Of a DNA stretch of 64,000 nucleotides, positions 22,514 through 35,680 are shown piece after piece. Each line of letters starts with the position of its first letter. Position 1 is the first letter of the stretch. This DNA is from Amphiscolops sp. MND2022 (taxonomy: Eukaryota). The DNA lies in assembly GCA_964187785.1 (NCBI GenBank), contig OZ076409.1, forward strand, positions 3,846,001 to 3,910,000, in the 5' to 3' direction. The notes under the pieces are model-generated. The model ran no database searches. It was not told the origin of the DNA and was given only the letters and a program-made list of their open reading frames with translations. Position numbers and translations under genes: made by a program.

Positions 22514-25429
22514 GTTAGTAGTAACGGAATTGAAAAAGTTTGTATTCATACCTTTTTCGCAGTAAAAGAGTCAATTGGCATCGAGTAGGCCTGTCAGCAC
22601 AGTACTGAACGATTCAAAATTGACCAATGAAGAAAAGACCAAAATTTTGTTAACGTTGGACCGAAAAAAAGGAGAGCTGCTGCTGTTGTAAGCACGCCTA
22701 CCACCACCACTACGGAGGCCGCTGCTAGCACCGTACCTGCAAGAAGCAGTAGTTGTAGTACAACAAAGACTATTGATCGTCGAAAGGAGGCAATTTGGTT
22801 TGATGTGGGTGGGAACGAAACCACTCAGAGACGAAGCGCTTCCTTGTGCGACAAATTTTTTCTAATCCAAAAATAGAACTGACAAGTGAAGGTACTACAG
22901 ATTTGCTAATTGAGTCTTCACGGGTGCATTCTGGATTTTCTTCTCGAATCGCTCTCTGTCTGTGTATGGTGGCGATATGACATTCTGTTCCTTTGCAATT
23001 CTTTGGAGAGGTCTTTTTAAAGACACGGAAGCGATCAGCGGCAACTGATTGAGAGTCGCAAATTCTAGTTTCTTGAACGAAATTTCCAGTCGCTGATAGG
23101 TAAACGTTACGATTTTTTCTTGATAATTAATGGAACTTCCCTGCTTTCATTATCGAGCATTTCAACGAGTTTTTTTTCAAAAAATGACCGAACACCTCGT
23201 CGTGATAAAGCAAACCAAAAATTGCTGAACAATGATTAGTGAGTTTCGCATACTATTGTGCGAAGTGCTTCATGGTCAGATTCAAGGTTTCCATTGTCTG
23301 ACAAAACTCAATAATGGGTGCTGAGGTACATGTGCACTTTCTTGTTTTGTTCCTATCGGATCAAAATTTTCAACACAGGGCTGGGTGTTATCTCTCGAAT
23401 ACTATTGTTCAGAAAAATTTTATGTGGCATCAAGTTAGTTTCAGTTTGGGTTTATAATAATTTTACTTGTCACGTATATGCATGTAGATTATAATATTAA
23501 TCAACCTATAAAATAGGCATGAAATTTGAAACAGTGAAATGAAAACTACAAAATACACAATATATATTAAACTATTGAGAAGTTTGGTTTTTGCAGTTTC
23601 AATATGCTGAAAGTTTTGAATATTTGCTGAAACTTCAGTTTTGATGCAAGTCTCACCTGGAGTTTAAAAAACACTTTTTTCTTTCAATTCCGCTTTCAAA
23701 TTACAGAGACTCCGTCAGCTTGGCTTCGAAAAAAAACAAAAAAAGAAAACGAAGAATATATATCTTAATTAGCTACGTTTCCGTAGGTGTTTTTTTCAAA
23801 ATTCGTTACTTCAGCTATTATCAATTTTTTTTAATTTTCAGCTTTTTGAATAATAAACGATGTTTCGTTTCTTCCACGTTGCAAACAAAAAATTGTCTCA
23901 GCTTAACGCTGAAGAGGAGGAAAAATAATTAAAGGAGACGTGAATTCAAAGTAAGATTTGTTTTCATCGTCTATGACATCTGCAGTTACTATGCGAAAAG
24001 ACGAGTGACCACGAAGTTATTGAAAGTTGATTCATCTCGAAGCTTTGAAACATCATCAGTGCAACGAAAATTTGTTTTTCTTAGAAGAGTTGAATTGCTG
24101 AAACTTTTTGCTAGGTGGTGATTCTTTTTCTACAATAGATTTCAGAATAATCATGCAAAGTCAACATTTTCTCTTGTAAGAATTTGAATTGTTCAGATAT
24201 CTAAGAAGTCTCAGAAAATTCGAGATTCAGTCAATCCTTCGGAACAGAAAGAAACTACAAAAGATATATCACACGGCTTATTTAAGAACTTTGGCATGGT
24301 TTGAATTACGTCATGAATCTATTCCCAAACACCCAGGCTTATCACGAAACAAAGAGCATCATGGAGCCACTTGATATTTTGTACTCTAACTTTTGAACAA
24401 AGTTTTGTTCCTCAAACGCTGCAAAACCTTGACATATTCCCCCTGCAAAACCTTGACATAGTCAAAACCCAAATAGTCTAAGAAAAAAATCCTAAAATGA
24501 GACCATCAGAAACTATTGTCCGTACAAATTTTCTTTTGATGAAATTTCAGCTGGTTTTTTTTCTACTGGTTCAATCAATTGTTTCTTTTCCTGAGCCTAC
24601 TAGTCACAATCAAAGAATCTGCCAAGTTGTTTTGTAGCGCATTTGACCTTTGACCTAGACGTGTCAACTTCTCTAGACGTGTCACGTAATGACATTCTTC
24701 ATCTTGAGCGACTTTCAAGTGCAAAGAATGTGATCAGATTAGATGCATAAGGAGACTAACATGCTCTAACAAGGCCATTGAGTGCTGACTCGAGCTCAAG
24801 TTTGAATATAAACCACAAATTTAGCATACTTGTCTCGGCTATGTATCGGTGAGGTAATGCCCAATCCTGATTTGATGACTTGTTTCGGTTTTTGTTCTGC
24901 TCGATTCTGATTAGCTGACGATCCGTCGATATGTTTTAGGATATGGATTTAGAAACGCTAAGAAATTCGTCAATGTCATAAGGTACGCGCCAGTTTCGGC
25001 AATGTGTTTTGTGGAAGAGTGATTTTGGGATTCTCAGATTTACTGCCATCAAATTTTTTGGGGATCCGACAGCATCACCGAGTTAATTTGTTCAGCTGGA
25101 GCACTTTATCCACTTGAAGTTCTATCGTCTTTCTCCTGAAATAAACTTTTTGGTGGTTACATCTTTTTTACTGTATAAACTACCTAAAAACTTTTTAAAA
25201 TTTTATTGGAAATATTCAATTAGAAATACATATAAAAACAGAAAAGTTGATGCAATGAAAATGTTGTTTACATGCAAATAATAAGATAAACGATGTATTC
25301 GACATCTTTATTACATGTTCTTTGAGCTCGCTGGAAACTGAAATCTGAAGCGCTGATTATATTGAGCACTATACGGTGAGATACTTTTCAAAAACTTTTT
25401 TGCCAGTCTTTTTGGAAACATTGGGTCCT

Positions 25430-25985
25430 AAAGTACTTTTTGTTGGGTTGGTTTGGAAGTTATCAGATTTTGAACAGATGATTTGAGAGGAACAGTACTT
25501 TAAGGAGACGCTAACAGAGCGGCAGTGTTAGGTCTTAAGGGAAGACAACGTGATAGTGAAGAGTTATATTCGTTGTGTCAGAGTATAAATCAGATTGATG
25601 CTGTACAGTATTGAGTATGGTTCTGAATACAAATTAGATATAGCTTGAATACATTAATCTTCAGAGTACATAGATCTGATCTAGACATCAAGCAAAGAGA
25701 GGAGGGTGAATGATCGAATATAGATTATAGGTAAATGATCGAATATAATTTACGAGTATATTATCCGACCGGGCTTTGAAAAAATTATCATATCAAGGTA
25801 GGTTATCATAAGATGGGTTAGAGGTTTGTTTAAATCAGTTGATGTGGTTTTTTTAGTTTCTAAGAGAGTTGGTTTTAAGGTGTACAGGTTTGACAGAAAT
25901 TGTATGAATAGGAGTATATATTCAAATTTTTCAACAAGTTGTAGGGTATCAAGTTGTATTATTCTTTCCTTACATGAGTTTCGGG
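25430..25985 (-). repeat. Unclassified interspersed repeat, homologous to 62220-62815 in opposite orientation
   Basis: Shared colinear blocks GAAACTCAYGTAAGGAAAGAATAA, CCRGTCGGATRATATAC, TATTCGATCAT, ATGTCTAGA, TCTTCACYATCACG, CTTAAGAC, AAGTACTTTA. Confidence 0.7.
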
Positions 25986-26428
25986 CTACTATGCAATTTA
26001 CATCTTGAGATCAGTTAAAAGGAACAAAATTAGGTTGTATTGTTCATATGGAGTGGGAGTGAAGTTTAAAAGGTATAAGGACTGCAATAATTATAGTTCT
26101 TTACATGTTAATTTAATATTTTGTCATGTGATTTTCATGGAGTTCTGTTCATTTTTTATCGTTCATCTTCCGTGGGGGTTTTGAAAATATTGAATGAGGA
26201 GGCATTGATTAACAGGTGAAAGCGAGGTGAGAAAAAATGAAGAGCAGCGTTAAAATAGCAAAAGTCAAAAAGGGTCGGCCTCGTTGACAAACATGAAGTT
26301 TCTTGAGAGGCGAAGAATTCTCAGTTATCATGTCAACGTAAGCATTTTTCTTGGGCGTCTTTTTGCGTGAAAAAAACATAATTAATTTGAGAATCTTTTG
26401 CGCGAAAGAACCGGTCTGAACAAAGTCA

Positions 26429-27048
26429 AACAAGACGGGAACGTCTAAAGTCGGCGCTATATCTAAGGCTCAAAAAGCTCAGAGTTTTCTAAATATGCCC
26501 AGGATGTATTCATGAAAAGCTTTGAAAACACTTTCGAGACACCCAAAGTGTGCCTTTCAGGCTCGATATGACTGGAAAATCACTTTTCCCGACTCGACTG
26601 GAAACAAAAAAAATTTGAAAAATTTTTTGAAAAATTTTTTTTTGAAAAAACTTCGAAAACGTCGCATAGTGCCGAAAAATGAAAAGGGGACCCTTTGGGA
26701 TTCATTAACATACTTTTTGTTGCAAAATATCAGAAAATCCGAAGGGGGGACTCTTTTGAAAAATTAAAAATTTTCGAAAAAAATCGCACAGTGCCGAAAA
26801 AAATTGAAAGGGGGGACTCTTTGGAGTCTTCCGGTTTTGTAGGTTACGTAAAAAAGGTAAAAAACGAAAGGGGGGACCCTTTGCAGTAAGTTTGCATTGG
26901 TCGAACTGGCCTGAGTGAACTTATCAGTTTCTGTAAAAAGTGGTACATACGCGATGAGCTCTGTGGTCTGACGAAAAAAAAAGAAAAAAAAACTAGCCAC
27001 TGTAATATTCGGGCTTTTTTCCTTAAAGGAAAATGCGCCGACTAAAAA
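26429..27048 (-). mobile_element. HINE/DINE-1-like element, copy 2 (longer subfamily)
   Basis: Same termini as 10116-10618 (AACAAGACGRGAACGTCTAAAGTCGGCGC...GCGCCGACTAAAAA) with roughly 120 bp of extra internal sequence. Confidence 0.75.
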
Positions 27049-27339
27049 GGTTTAAAAAGAAGTCAAGAGTTAGTCAATATAAGTTTAAAATTTGATATGT
27101 TTTCACGCGCAAAAGTTATTTGCCATTTCCGGTTTTGTCTTCTGAAATGTCCATACTAATCTAAATACCAAAATAAGAACGTTTTCTAAAGCGGGATCAT
27201 TTCTTTCTTCTCCACACTAAAATGAAAACATTGAAAATAACATTTAACTCCGAGATCCCAGCAGAGTTCATACAACCTAAAATGAAAAAGAACATACAAA
27301 ACGATATAGCGGAGGTGGTTTTCCGATATTAAAGGTAGT

Positions 27340-27491
27340 TGTCAATATCCACTTAAAACCCCAGTCAAGTGATTTTAAACAAGTGTTTACAACAATATGA
27401 CAGCGTCACTCAACTAAGCTAATAACGAGTGTTTCTATTTTTACCGACCAATAGCTTTCCTCTCTGGCAGAATTATTTGAGCTCAAGCTAA
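27340..27491. repeat. Left part of a probable older solo LTR interrupted by element 2
   Basis: Starts TGTCAAT; the matching ATTGACA end is at 46363-46369. No clean target-site duplication. Confidence 0.4.
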
Positions 27492-27764
27492 TGTGCTGCT
27501 TTTTATAGTTGGTTTATTTGATGGTGGTGGTGTTATTCACAACTTACTAAAAAGCGGCTAAGAGACAGGCTAGCTAGCTAACTTTATTACAACTAGTTCG
27601 AGGTGGTAGAAGTAGAACAAAAAGGAAGTCAACCAAATACTGATTATTAGTTTTCTCTCTCTGAGGGAGTAGAGACTTACAGTCATTCAATAGTAAATAA
27701 AAGTACATTCTAGAACATTTTATAAACATCTAAATACTATTGGTTATTAATGTAGGTCAGTACA
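27492..27764 (-). repeat. 3' LTR of element 2 (273 bp)
   Basis: Direct repeat of 45769-46039, with about 6 substitutions and one 2-bp indel by eye. Preceded on the minus strand by the purine-rich tract AAACCGGGATGGA. Confidence 0.97.
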
Positions 27765-28809
27765 TCCATCCCGGTTTTTAAATAAAATAAATTTTTAAAG
27801 TAGCATCATTAATTAAAATGAAGAAAAAAGTTTTTGTTTAAATGTTCTTAGCGTTTCAGCTAGTTAACATTTTTCATTTGATGGATGATTGGCATAAGTC
27901 TCTTTAAGAGTGGTGTAAGTTCGACTCATTGGTGTACCTCAAATTGTCAAAATTTTGATTGACACCTCGTAGGTGCGACTACAGTTCAAAAAGCGTCAAA
28001 GTGTTCTTTTTCACTATGCCTTCGTCGGCTTGTTTTTTTGAACTGGTAGTTGCTCAATTTTATGCCTTTGTTGAAGTCTTTGTATGAACTTCGCATTTAA
28101 CAAACGTGAGCAAACATCATACGAGTTAAAGGTCAGAGAGTCATTAAAAGAAGGAGAAAAATTTTTTTGTTGATAAGATTTTTTCATCGAGTGTGAAAAC
28201 TGTCTGAAAAGATATCAGGTTGTGATCAACTTTGGCGGGTTTGTTATGTAACAAATGTTGAAAACTTTGAGAATTTGGATCTGTCATTATTCGAATCTGA
28301 TTTGAACGGTGTGCTTGATCTATTTTTTTGAACTTGTTTTGTTGAAATGTTGAAAAGATTTGTGGTTAACATATGTGAATTTTGGATAGGATAGCACCGA
28401 AAAATAATAATTATAATTATTCTTTAAAAATAATGCAAATAAATATCGGTAAGGGTATGAATCAAATGATTTTGAGGGCAAATAAATATGGGTGGGAATG
28501 ACTTTTGAAATAAATACATCGCAAGTGTTTTCGATGTGAGTTTGTACTTTTTTAAAAATTATCATGCACAATGTTTTTTCTTCAAGTTTCTTTTATTATT
28601 GATTATTATTCATCTTCTTCGGCTGAGAACTAGATGGCTGAAGATTGACGATTGGATGAAGATTGGATGAAGATGGGTCAGCTGTTGGGCGGCGGTGAAG
28701 TTGTGAAGAATGGGCGCTGAGTTGTGACGAGCAGTCGTTGTTGATGGAGTTTGGATTGGAAGATGTGTTGTCATCTGAAGAGTGCTGGTGATGTCATCTG
28801 TTGATTTTA

Positions 28810-29286
28810 TCAAAAAGAGACGTAAGTGTACGTTTTGTATGGGGAATTAACATCTAGAAATGTTTCTGGAGGGTCTTTTTGAAATTCTTCATCTGTATCG
28901 TCGTTATTGTCTGAAGGCCAATAGGAATATAGGTTTTGTTTTTCCATTTCAGAACGCATTCTGTTAGATAGATTTCGTAATAAATGTTTGGGCTTGATGG
29001 TAGTATGCTCTGTTTGGGTAGTGGCGTCTCGTTGGGTCGAATATGTATCAGTATGCTTTTGAATTTGAAGATATTGATCAAAGTTGATTCGTGTAATCTG
29101 AAAGATTTGAAACATATTGAGCAATATCAGTCTTGTAAGATGAGGATCTGCCTTTTGATCTATTTTGAGCTGTGCATTTATTGTTGTTAAATGCTTTTTC
29201 AGAATCAGGGATCGCAATCGGGCTGAAGGAATTGAGAGAAGAGGAGCTGTTGGGCAATCGATGTCACCAGAATGGAGTGTCGTCAT
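28810..29286 (-). CDS. Accessory ORF of element 2, unknown function
   Basis: 158-aa ATG ORF in element sense. Preceded by branch point/acceptor actaatctatttttag|G near 29402. Overlaps a further 67-aa ORF at 28610..28813. Confidence 0.55.
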   Translation of the reverse strand: MTTLHSGDIDCPTAPLLSIPSARLRSLILKKHLTTINAQLKIDQKADPHLTRLILLNMFQIFQITRINFDQYLQIQKHTDTYSTQRDATTQTEHTTIKPKHLLRNLSNRMRSEMEKQNLYSYWPSDNNDDTDEEFQKDPPETFLDVNSPYKTYTYVSF

Positions 29287-29804
29287 ATTGAAGAATATGA
29301 AGAAGTTGTTGATAATTGTAGAGAATTTCGTTGGAATTCTTTTTGGATGGACGGCTTGAGAGGAGAAAAGAATGCTGATGAAGCAGTTGTGACGATATTC
29401 ACCTAAAATAGATTAGTTTGTTTACAATAAAGTTCCTTTTAAAATAGAGTTTCATAGTTGACATTTTTGGATGTAATTTGTTATATTATAACTTTTTAAT
29501 TTTAAGAATTAAGTTGAGATATTTTGGAAATCTTTTGAAGGGTATTTAAATATCTTTCATATAAGTACTTATTTGTTAAAATTGGTCCATTAAAAGGAGG
29601 AGCAATTGAAGAATTTTGTTAAAAATTTTTATGTCGCGATTGAAATTTTTATATTATTTTATTTTAAAAGAGTATTTTAATATCAAACATGTAATATAAT
29701 CATGCATAGCAGGCATATGCGTGTAGACCCAATTAATTTTGACAGGTTGTTAAGAGATTAAGTGATGTGTTAACCATTTAAAGTTATTATCCCATAATTA
29801 CCAG

Positions 29805-31090
29805 TTAAGATCGCTGTATTTTTTCAAGTGTATAGTTGAATTCGTCCAAAGATGTGCGAATACACAAAGCTGATTGGCTAATTCTTGTCGTATCAAATAC
29901 GATATTTTGTATTATGCTTCGTGCTTGTTCAAGAGTATTTACGATTTCGGCGATTGTTATAAGAATATCTCGGTTCGGATGATGATAAAGTTTTATGATG
30001 TTCAAAATTTCTGTATATTTTTGTAATTCGTCCGTTGGGCGAAAACTTTGTGGTTGAGAAATGTCACTTTTGGTTTTCTTTGGCGATTCTTGTTTTTGTC
30101 TTTTTGTGTTCTTTAGTATTTCCGTTTGTAAGAAGTGAAAGTAAATGAAAAATAATGAAAATTAATTCATTAATTGAATATCCGTTTTTGGTCATTGCGT
30201 AAAAATAAAATTTTTCACAGACTCCCAGAGGTTGAGAGGCTATATGTTGAAGTGGAGGGAGAGGATCAGATATATTTTGAGGTATATCTTCCTGTAGTAG
30301 CGAATCGTCGTTCAAAATGAGGTATTCTTGTGTTACAATGATTGGTCTTTTTGGATTATCTTTTGGAAGGAAAAGAAAACTTTGTTTAAGCGGGTCATAA
30401 TTTCTAAGTTTTCCTTTTGTTTTGGTATGATCTATCAAATATTCTGAGTTGAAAGTGAATGGCGACGTTTATTTGGAGTTGAAGAATATATAATTATCGG
30501 GCTCTTTGTATTGAAGAAACTTTTGATAAGTCAAGTGATGAGCCTTTTTGATTTGGTATTTGCAAAAAATTTGCATCATTTTCTTCGGTTCGAAGATCAT
30601 ATGGAGATGGTCTGAGAAAGTTGTATTGGAGTGAGAAAATTTTCACTTTATTGTTTAACCACCAATCATATTGGGTAATCAATGTTGAAGCGATTGAAGT
30701 ATGATAATCATTTTTAAATTCTCTGATGATGAATTTGTATTTTATTGGAATCATGTATAACGAGGTTAACTGAGATTGAAAGGCAAATTTTTTTGATGAG
30801 AGAATAGGAACTAATTCACAATCTCTATCTTCATCTTGTTTAACTGGTTTTGTGAAAGGAGGGCAAGCGCCAGATTCCATAAAAGGTTTGTCTGCAGTTA
30901 TATCTGGATACTTTCTTTTTTGAGATCTTGCGTTAACATGATCTACTTGTTCAATAGGAATAGTTTCCATGGGATCTTGAGAATTTGAAGATGAATTATT
31001 ATCTTCGTTAACATTTTGTTGAATAGTTATATTCAAAGGGGATGCAAGCAATTCAGAAGGGTTAGAATTAACTACATCAATTTCGGGCAA
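29805..31090 (-). pseudogene. Accessory ORF downstream of env, broken into three pieces, unknown function
   Basis: ORFs 30494..31090, 30064..30438 and 29805..30005 are consecutive, on the same strand, with element-like codon composition. Confidence 0.55.
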
Positions 31091-31538
31091 GGATTCCTTT
31101 ATTTAGACTTGCGTGTTTTGTAGAGCTGAAATAATGATTATAACGTTTGGTTATACTGTTTCTAATAATGAGGAAAAATTTTGTTATGTCTTTTCTGTCC
31201 TTTAAATTGTTTGTTAAAAATGAAGTTTAAATTGTACTTACAGTATGAGAATAACTGAGTCAATTGTGGGTTGGAAACATCAACAATCACAGTGGTATCT
31301 ATTCCAGGAATAGAAACTTCTGTAATTTCGGTCTTTTAGATGGACTGAAGATCCAGTTGAAGTCTTCCGGTTGAGTGTTGAGTTGTGATGGGCAAGTGAA
31401 TTTTCAGTTGAGTTGAAAGGAGAGACTTGTCTAAGTGAGAATTTGGGTTTGAATGAAAATTAAACTAAGGAAAATTTTGTTAATAATTTTTTGAACTTTT
31501 TCTGAGGTTAATTTGTTTATTTGGTTATTGCTTTTTAG

Positions 31539-34116
31539 CTAGGAGGATTTAAATTCTATAAAGACTTTAGCAGGACTTTCCGGTACAGCTATTACATTTG
31601 GTAATTTTGTGTCATAGTCCTGAGAGTTAATATCGTTGACATTAGTTCGGTGTGTCTTTTGCAGTGATTGAAATGATGAATACTTACTGGAATATTTAGG
31701 AGGTAAATACGGGAAGTCATTATCAGAGTATCTTCTCAGTTTATTGTGTAATTCTTTTTCCGGCAATAGGATATTATCACTTTCGCTTGTTGTAATTTTG
31801 TGTTTAGTATATATCCGTTTTCGTTTTCCTGTATTGTTCAAATCGGTTATCATTTACGATGTAACTATATTTAAAAATCCATGGGCTATTGAACTCAAAA
31901 TGGGAATGTTGCTTTGGAGATTATATTTTATGCTAATTGTTCTGTAGAATTTGAGTAAAAGTGTTAAAACTTCTCTAATGAAAAGAAATGTTGAAAAGTA
32001 AATTCCACATTGTGTTAAAACATAACATGGATATCCAAAGAATTTAATGAATGCTTGACTGAACCAGTCAGGGTTGAAAAGTGGTAAGAGGTTTAACAAG
32101 TGGTCATGCACTCCAATCCTTAAATGATTATAAGGATTGTATCCTGAGTAGGAATTTATCATTATGCACTGTGTTGAAATCATAGCTTAATGATTTTCCA
32201 AGTAATTGAAGAGTTGTGTCTGAGTGTTTAGCGAATAATACTCTGTTCCAGAATTGATCTAATTCTGCATTTGAGTATATACCGGCATCTTGGGCGGTAA
32301 ATGTATCAGGAGTGATTGTTGTTTTAATTTGGGCAGGTTTAAACATTTGTGGTGCTTCTCGTTTGAGTGGTTCTGGTGTTAACACATAAAAATCTCCGTC
32401 GTTAGAATCTGGGTCTAATTCGATTATATTTTGTGGGTTGTTTCCACATTCAATTGGTGTTGCATAGTTAAAAGTTTGTCTTGTTATAGGATCAACATAC
32501 ATTATAGTTTCTCTATAGTGTATGGGAATTCTATCAAAGCATTTATCTGCCTTGTATAGTGGTGATATAAAATGAGGGCAATCATACAGCCATGCTGTAG
32601 ATCCTTCAACGTAGAGAAAGTTACTACGATTTCCAGTTAAAAGAAAACCGGCTAATTGAGGATTCTTAACTGACATAGCTAAGATTGTTAACAATTGAGT
32701 TCTTTCCATTTCACATATTGTATGAAGGGTGTTTAGTTCTTGTACTGTCATGGATTTAAATACATGATTTATTTTGAAATCAATTTTTGTATTAATGTGG
32801 GCATCGTAGTCTAAAGTGGCGAAATTGTTTGATATATTCAATGCAGGGAATGTATACCTTTTATTTGAGTCATCATATTTTATGTTTCCACTAATTGTTT
32901 GATCATTTATTGAGTGTGGTTTTGGTTGTCCTGTGTTCATATCAAAACCATCTAAGTATGTAACAAAGATGTCATCATATTGTGTTGAGAATAATGGTTC
33001 AGGTTTTCCACAAAAGGTTTGTGCAATTGGGTATATTTCAAATCGAGAAAGGCTTGGATTGCTTACTTTTGATTGTGGTGTTTTCACATTGGGATATCTT
33101 GTTCCTTGTATTCCTTCGGTTTGAAGTTTTTGTGTGATGTTTGAAGTTCCAATGAAGGTATCGGTTTCTATCCAATATCTATCATTAATTCGTGTCATTC
33201 TACCAATGAATTCTTGAAGTTGAAATATGAGGCAAAATTTTTCATCAAACCATGTTAATGTGTATGGAGTTTTTGTTGTTGGTTTACAAAATCAGTCTAA
33301 ATGATAGCACGGTAATACGTGTCCGTCATGTATTAATTGATTGTTTTTATCATCATAGTCTATTGCGGTGTTAACAATTCTAAGTTTCCAACTTTGTCGG
33401 GTAATTAAATGTTCTCGGTCGGCTCGACATCTGGAGTATGTATTTTGTGTAACATTAACTATCCAGTCGGGATATTTTTCATCGAATACGAAGGTTCCAA
33501 TATGCCATGTGTTTAATTTCTTTACTCTAAATGGTTTTTGAATTCGTTCAATTTTGTTTTGATAGTTACTATCGTCGAACAATGAGAAAGAGCTTTGTAT
33601 ATTGTAATTGTTTAATTCTTCGCTATCAGTCGCGTTTAAATATCTTATCATGTTTTTGCATTCAATAGGGTCTAATATTTTTGGAAGTTCTAATGTGTTT
33701 TGTCCCCATTGTTAACGATCATATCGTCTACTAGATGTGAATGTTTGTGAACACCAGACCTTTTCAGTCTTTATATATGCTTCGCATTTAAAGGCTTTTA
33801 TTCTTTTGGCTTTTGCTCTAACATAAACTGTTGCTTGGGTTTTTTTGTGTTGTATATCTGAAGGTGCTTGTTTACATGGTTCAACATTTAATAAACTGAA
33901 TTGTCTTAAGTTGTTTTGTTTTGCACAATCAAAATGGGATACCATTAAGTTTAAAATGTTGGGGTCTTGGTCTGAAATATGATTTTCTGAATTGGTTGTG
34001 TCAACTTTAGGAACAGTTGACGGGTGAACTAAAGAGTGAACTATGTGTATTATATATATGTATTCAACAACATGTATTATGTATACTAGGTATAGGTTAA
34101 AGGTTATGTGATTCAT
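31539..34116 (-). pseudogene. env: Envelope glycoprotein, class III fusion type (herpes gB/chuvirus-G-like), with in-frame stops and one frameshift
   Basis: Hydrophobic leader, HFDC..RQFSLLNVEPC..FKC..WC, ICEMERTQLLTILAMSVKNPQLAG..EGSTAWLYDC, CFDRIPI..YVDPITR..PIEC, TM FFGYPCYVLTQCGIYFSTFLFI. ORFs 33712..34116, 33292..33651 and 32128..33198 share one frame separated by single stops. Confidence 0.88.
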
Positions 34117-34129
34117 GGTTAAAATATTG

Positions 34130-35680
34130 GTTAAAATGTTGTTCTATAATTAAGTCCTGAGTAGGGATTAAAGAAGTTTATATGTCCTGTTCTAATCTCA
34201 GGTAATTCTGCGTCACAAAAGTAAGAAATGGATGTGACTATGAATGGTGAAGGGGTTGTTTTGTGTGCTACTCTTGTTGAAAGACAAAATGGATGAGGTC
34301 CTAACGAATTGAATGTGACTTCTACTTCAGATTTTAATATGAGTTGTTGTTCTTGTAGTCTTCGTAATTCTTTTTGTTTTCTTTGAGTTGAAAGTGAGCT
34401 ATTGTTTATAAATCTTGCAGGTAATACTGTGTATCGAGGGTCTTCGTTAAGAGTACGAACAATTCTTGAATTAACACGGATAGGATATTCGTGAGGGTTT
34501 GGTGTTGGAGGTCTTGAAAAATCTTCTAAAAATATTCAGGTAGTTGTATAGAAGAGTTTGATGTTATTGAACTAGGTGAATAAACTTGTGAAAAATTAGC
34601 TGCGCTATCTGATATAGTTATTGGGTCTTCAGAAAGAAGAGAAGCTGTTTCAAATCCTGATGTGATTTGAAATGGTAGTGACAAAGAAGATGGTATAGTG
34701 GGTTGAGATGAGGAAAGAGAAGGAGTGTCTAATCTGGGTTGGGCTTGCTGTCTAACTAGTCTTGAGTTTGTACTTGAACTAATTAAAGGTTGTAATTCCT
34801 GAGAATTTCTTCGTTGTTGAGATCTAAGGTTATAATTATGTCTTGGTACTCTAGTACTGGCAGTTGAGTCAGAATTTTTATCTTTGTGATATAAATCTGT
34901 TAAAGAAGAGGTAGTAGTTGAATGTACACGTTCTAATTCAAGTTTGGGATATATTTGAGAAAATGTGAATGAACTTAGTTCAGATGGTGATGGAATTGGG
35001 TGTTGTTGTAATTTCTACACTGGTGCCTTTAATGAAGTTTCTGGTAAGAATGTTATTGGAGTATAACTTGTTGATGGTAAGTTGGGGTTTTGTGGTAGTT
35101 TGGGTGGAGTATGACTTGTTGATGGTAAGGTCTTGTGGTAATGTAGGTAAAGGAGTTTTTCTTTTTGTTTTATTGCTGTTGGTATTTTTTGTGGACAAGA
35201 ATTTATGTATTGCAGAACTGAGCTGGGGTCAGGGATATAAACGGAACGAGTGGTAGTAATTGATGGAAGAGGAGGTCTATTTAAAATACTTGAAGTATCT
35301 TGTGTAGTTGGTGTTGTAAGTGTTTCATCATTAGAGTCAGTAACTGGTGAACTTGTTTCTGAAAATACTAAATTTTGTGAAATAGGTTGTGGTTGAGTTG
35401 TTATTACTGGTGTTTGAGTCTGGGATATAGGTGTATTGGTGGGTGTTGCTGGTACTCTATCAGGAGTATATGGAGCGGATGGACTGGGGCTTGAGGATGA
35501 GGAATCCAGAATGTCTGTATCTGAGTTTAAATATGCTGTAAATTCAGGTAATGTTTGGAGTGAATGTGTTGAACTAGAAGATGAATTATTTGTGGTTGAT
35601 GATGGTGAATGAGTATGTCTATCAATTCTGAAATCTTTTGTGTTGTGGTAGTTTGCTTCAAATTGTAAGTTAGTTAGTTT
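34130..35680 (-). pseudogene. Ser/Thr/Pro-rich coding region between integrase and env (largely missed by the ORF track)
   Basis: ATG-less open frames such as HSPSSTTNNSSSSSTHSLQTLPEF..PSAPYTPDRVPATPTNTP and EDFSRPPTPNPHEYPIRVNSRIVRTLNEDPRYTVLPARF..RTGHINFFNPYSGLNYR. Confidence 0.6.

Larger units (their letters stand above)
13364..22900. mobile_element. Polinton/Maverick (adintovirus-like) endogenous element, decayed and truncated on the right
   Basis: AGTAGTAG terminus at 13364, protein-primed PolB on the minus strand, divergent packaging ATPase and small conserved ORFs on the plus strand. No capsid, protease, integrase or right TIR seen. Confidence 0.9.

Noticed and set aside
24645..24657. 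Nuclear-receptor DR1-like motif TGACCTTTGACCT
   Set aside because: A single short motif with no linked gene; cannot be distinguished from chance.
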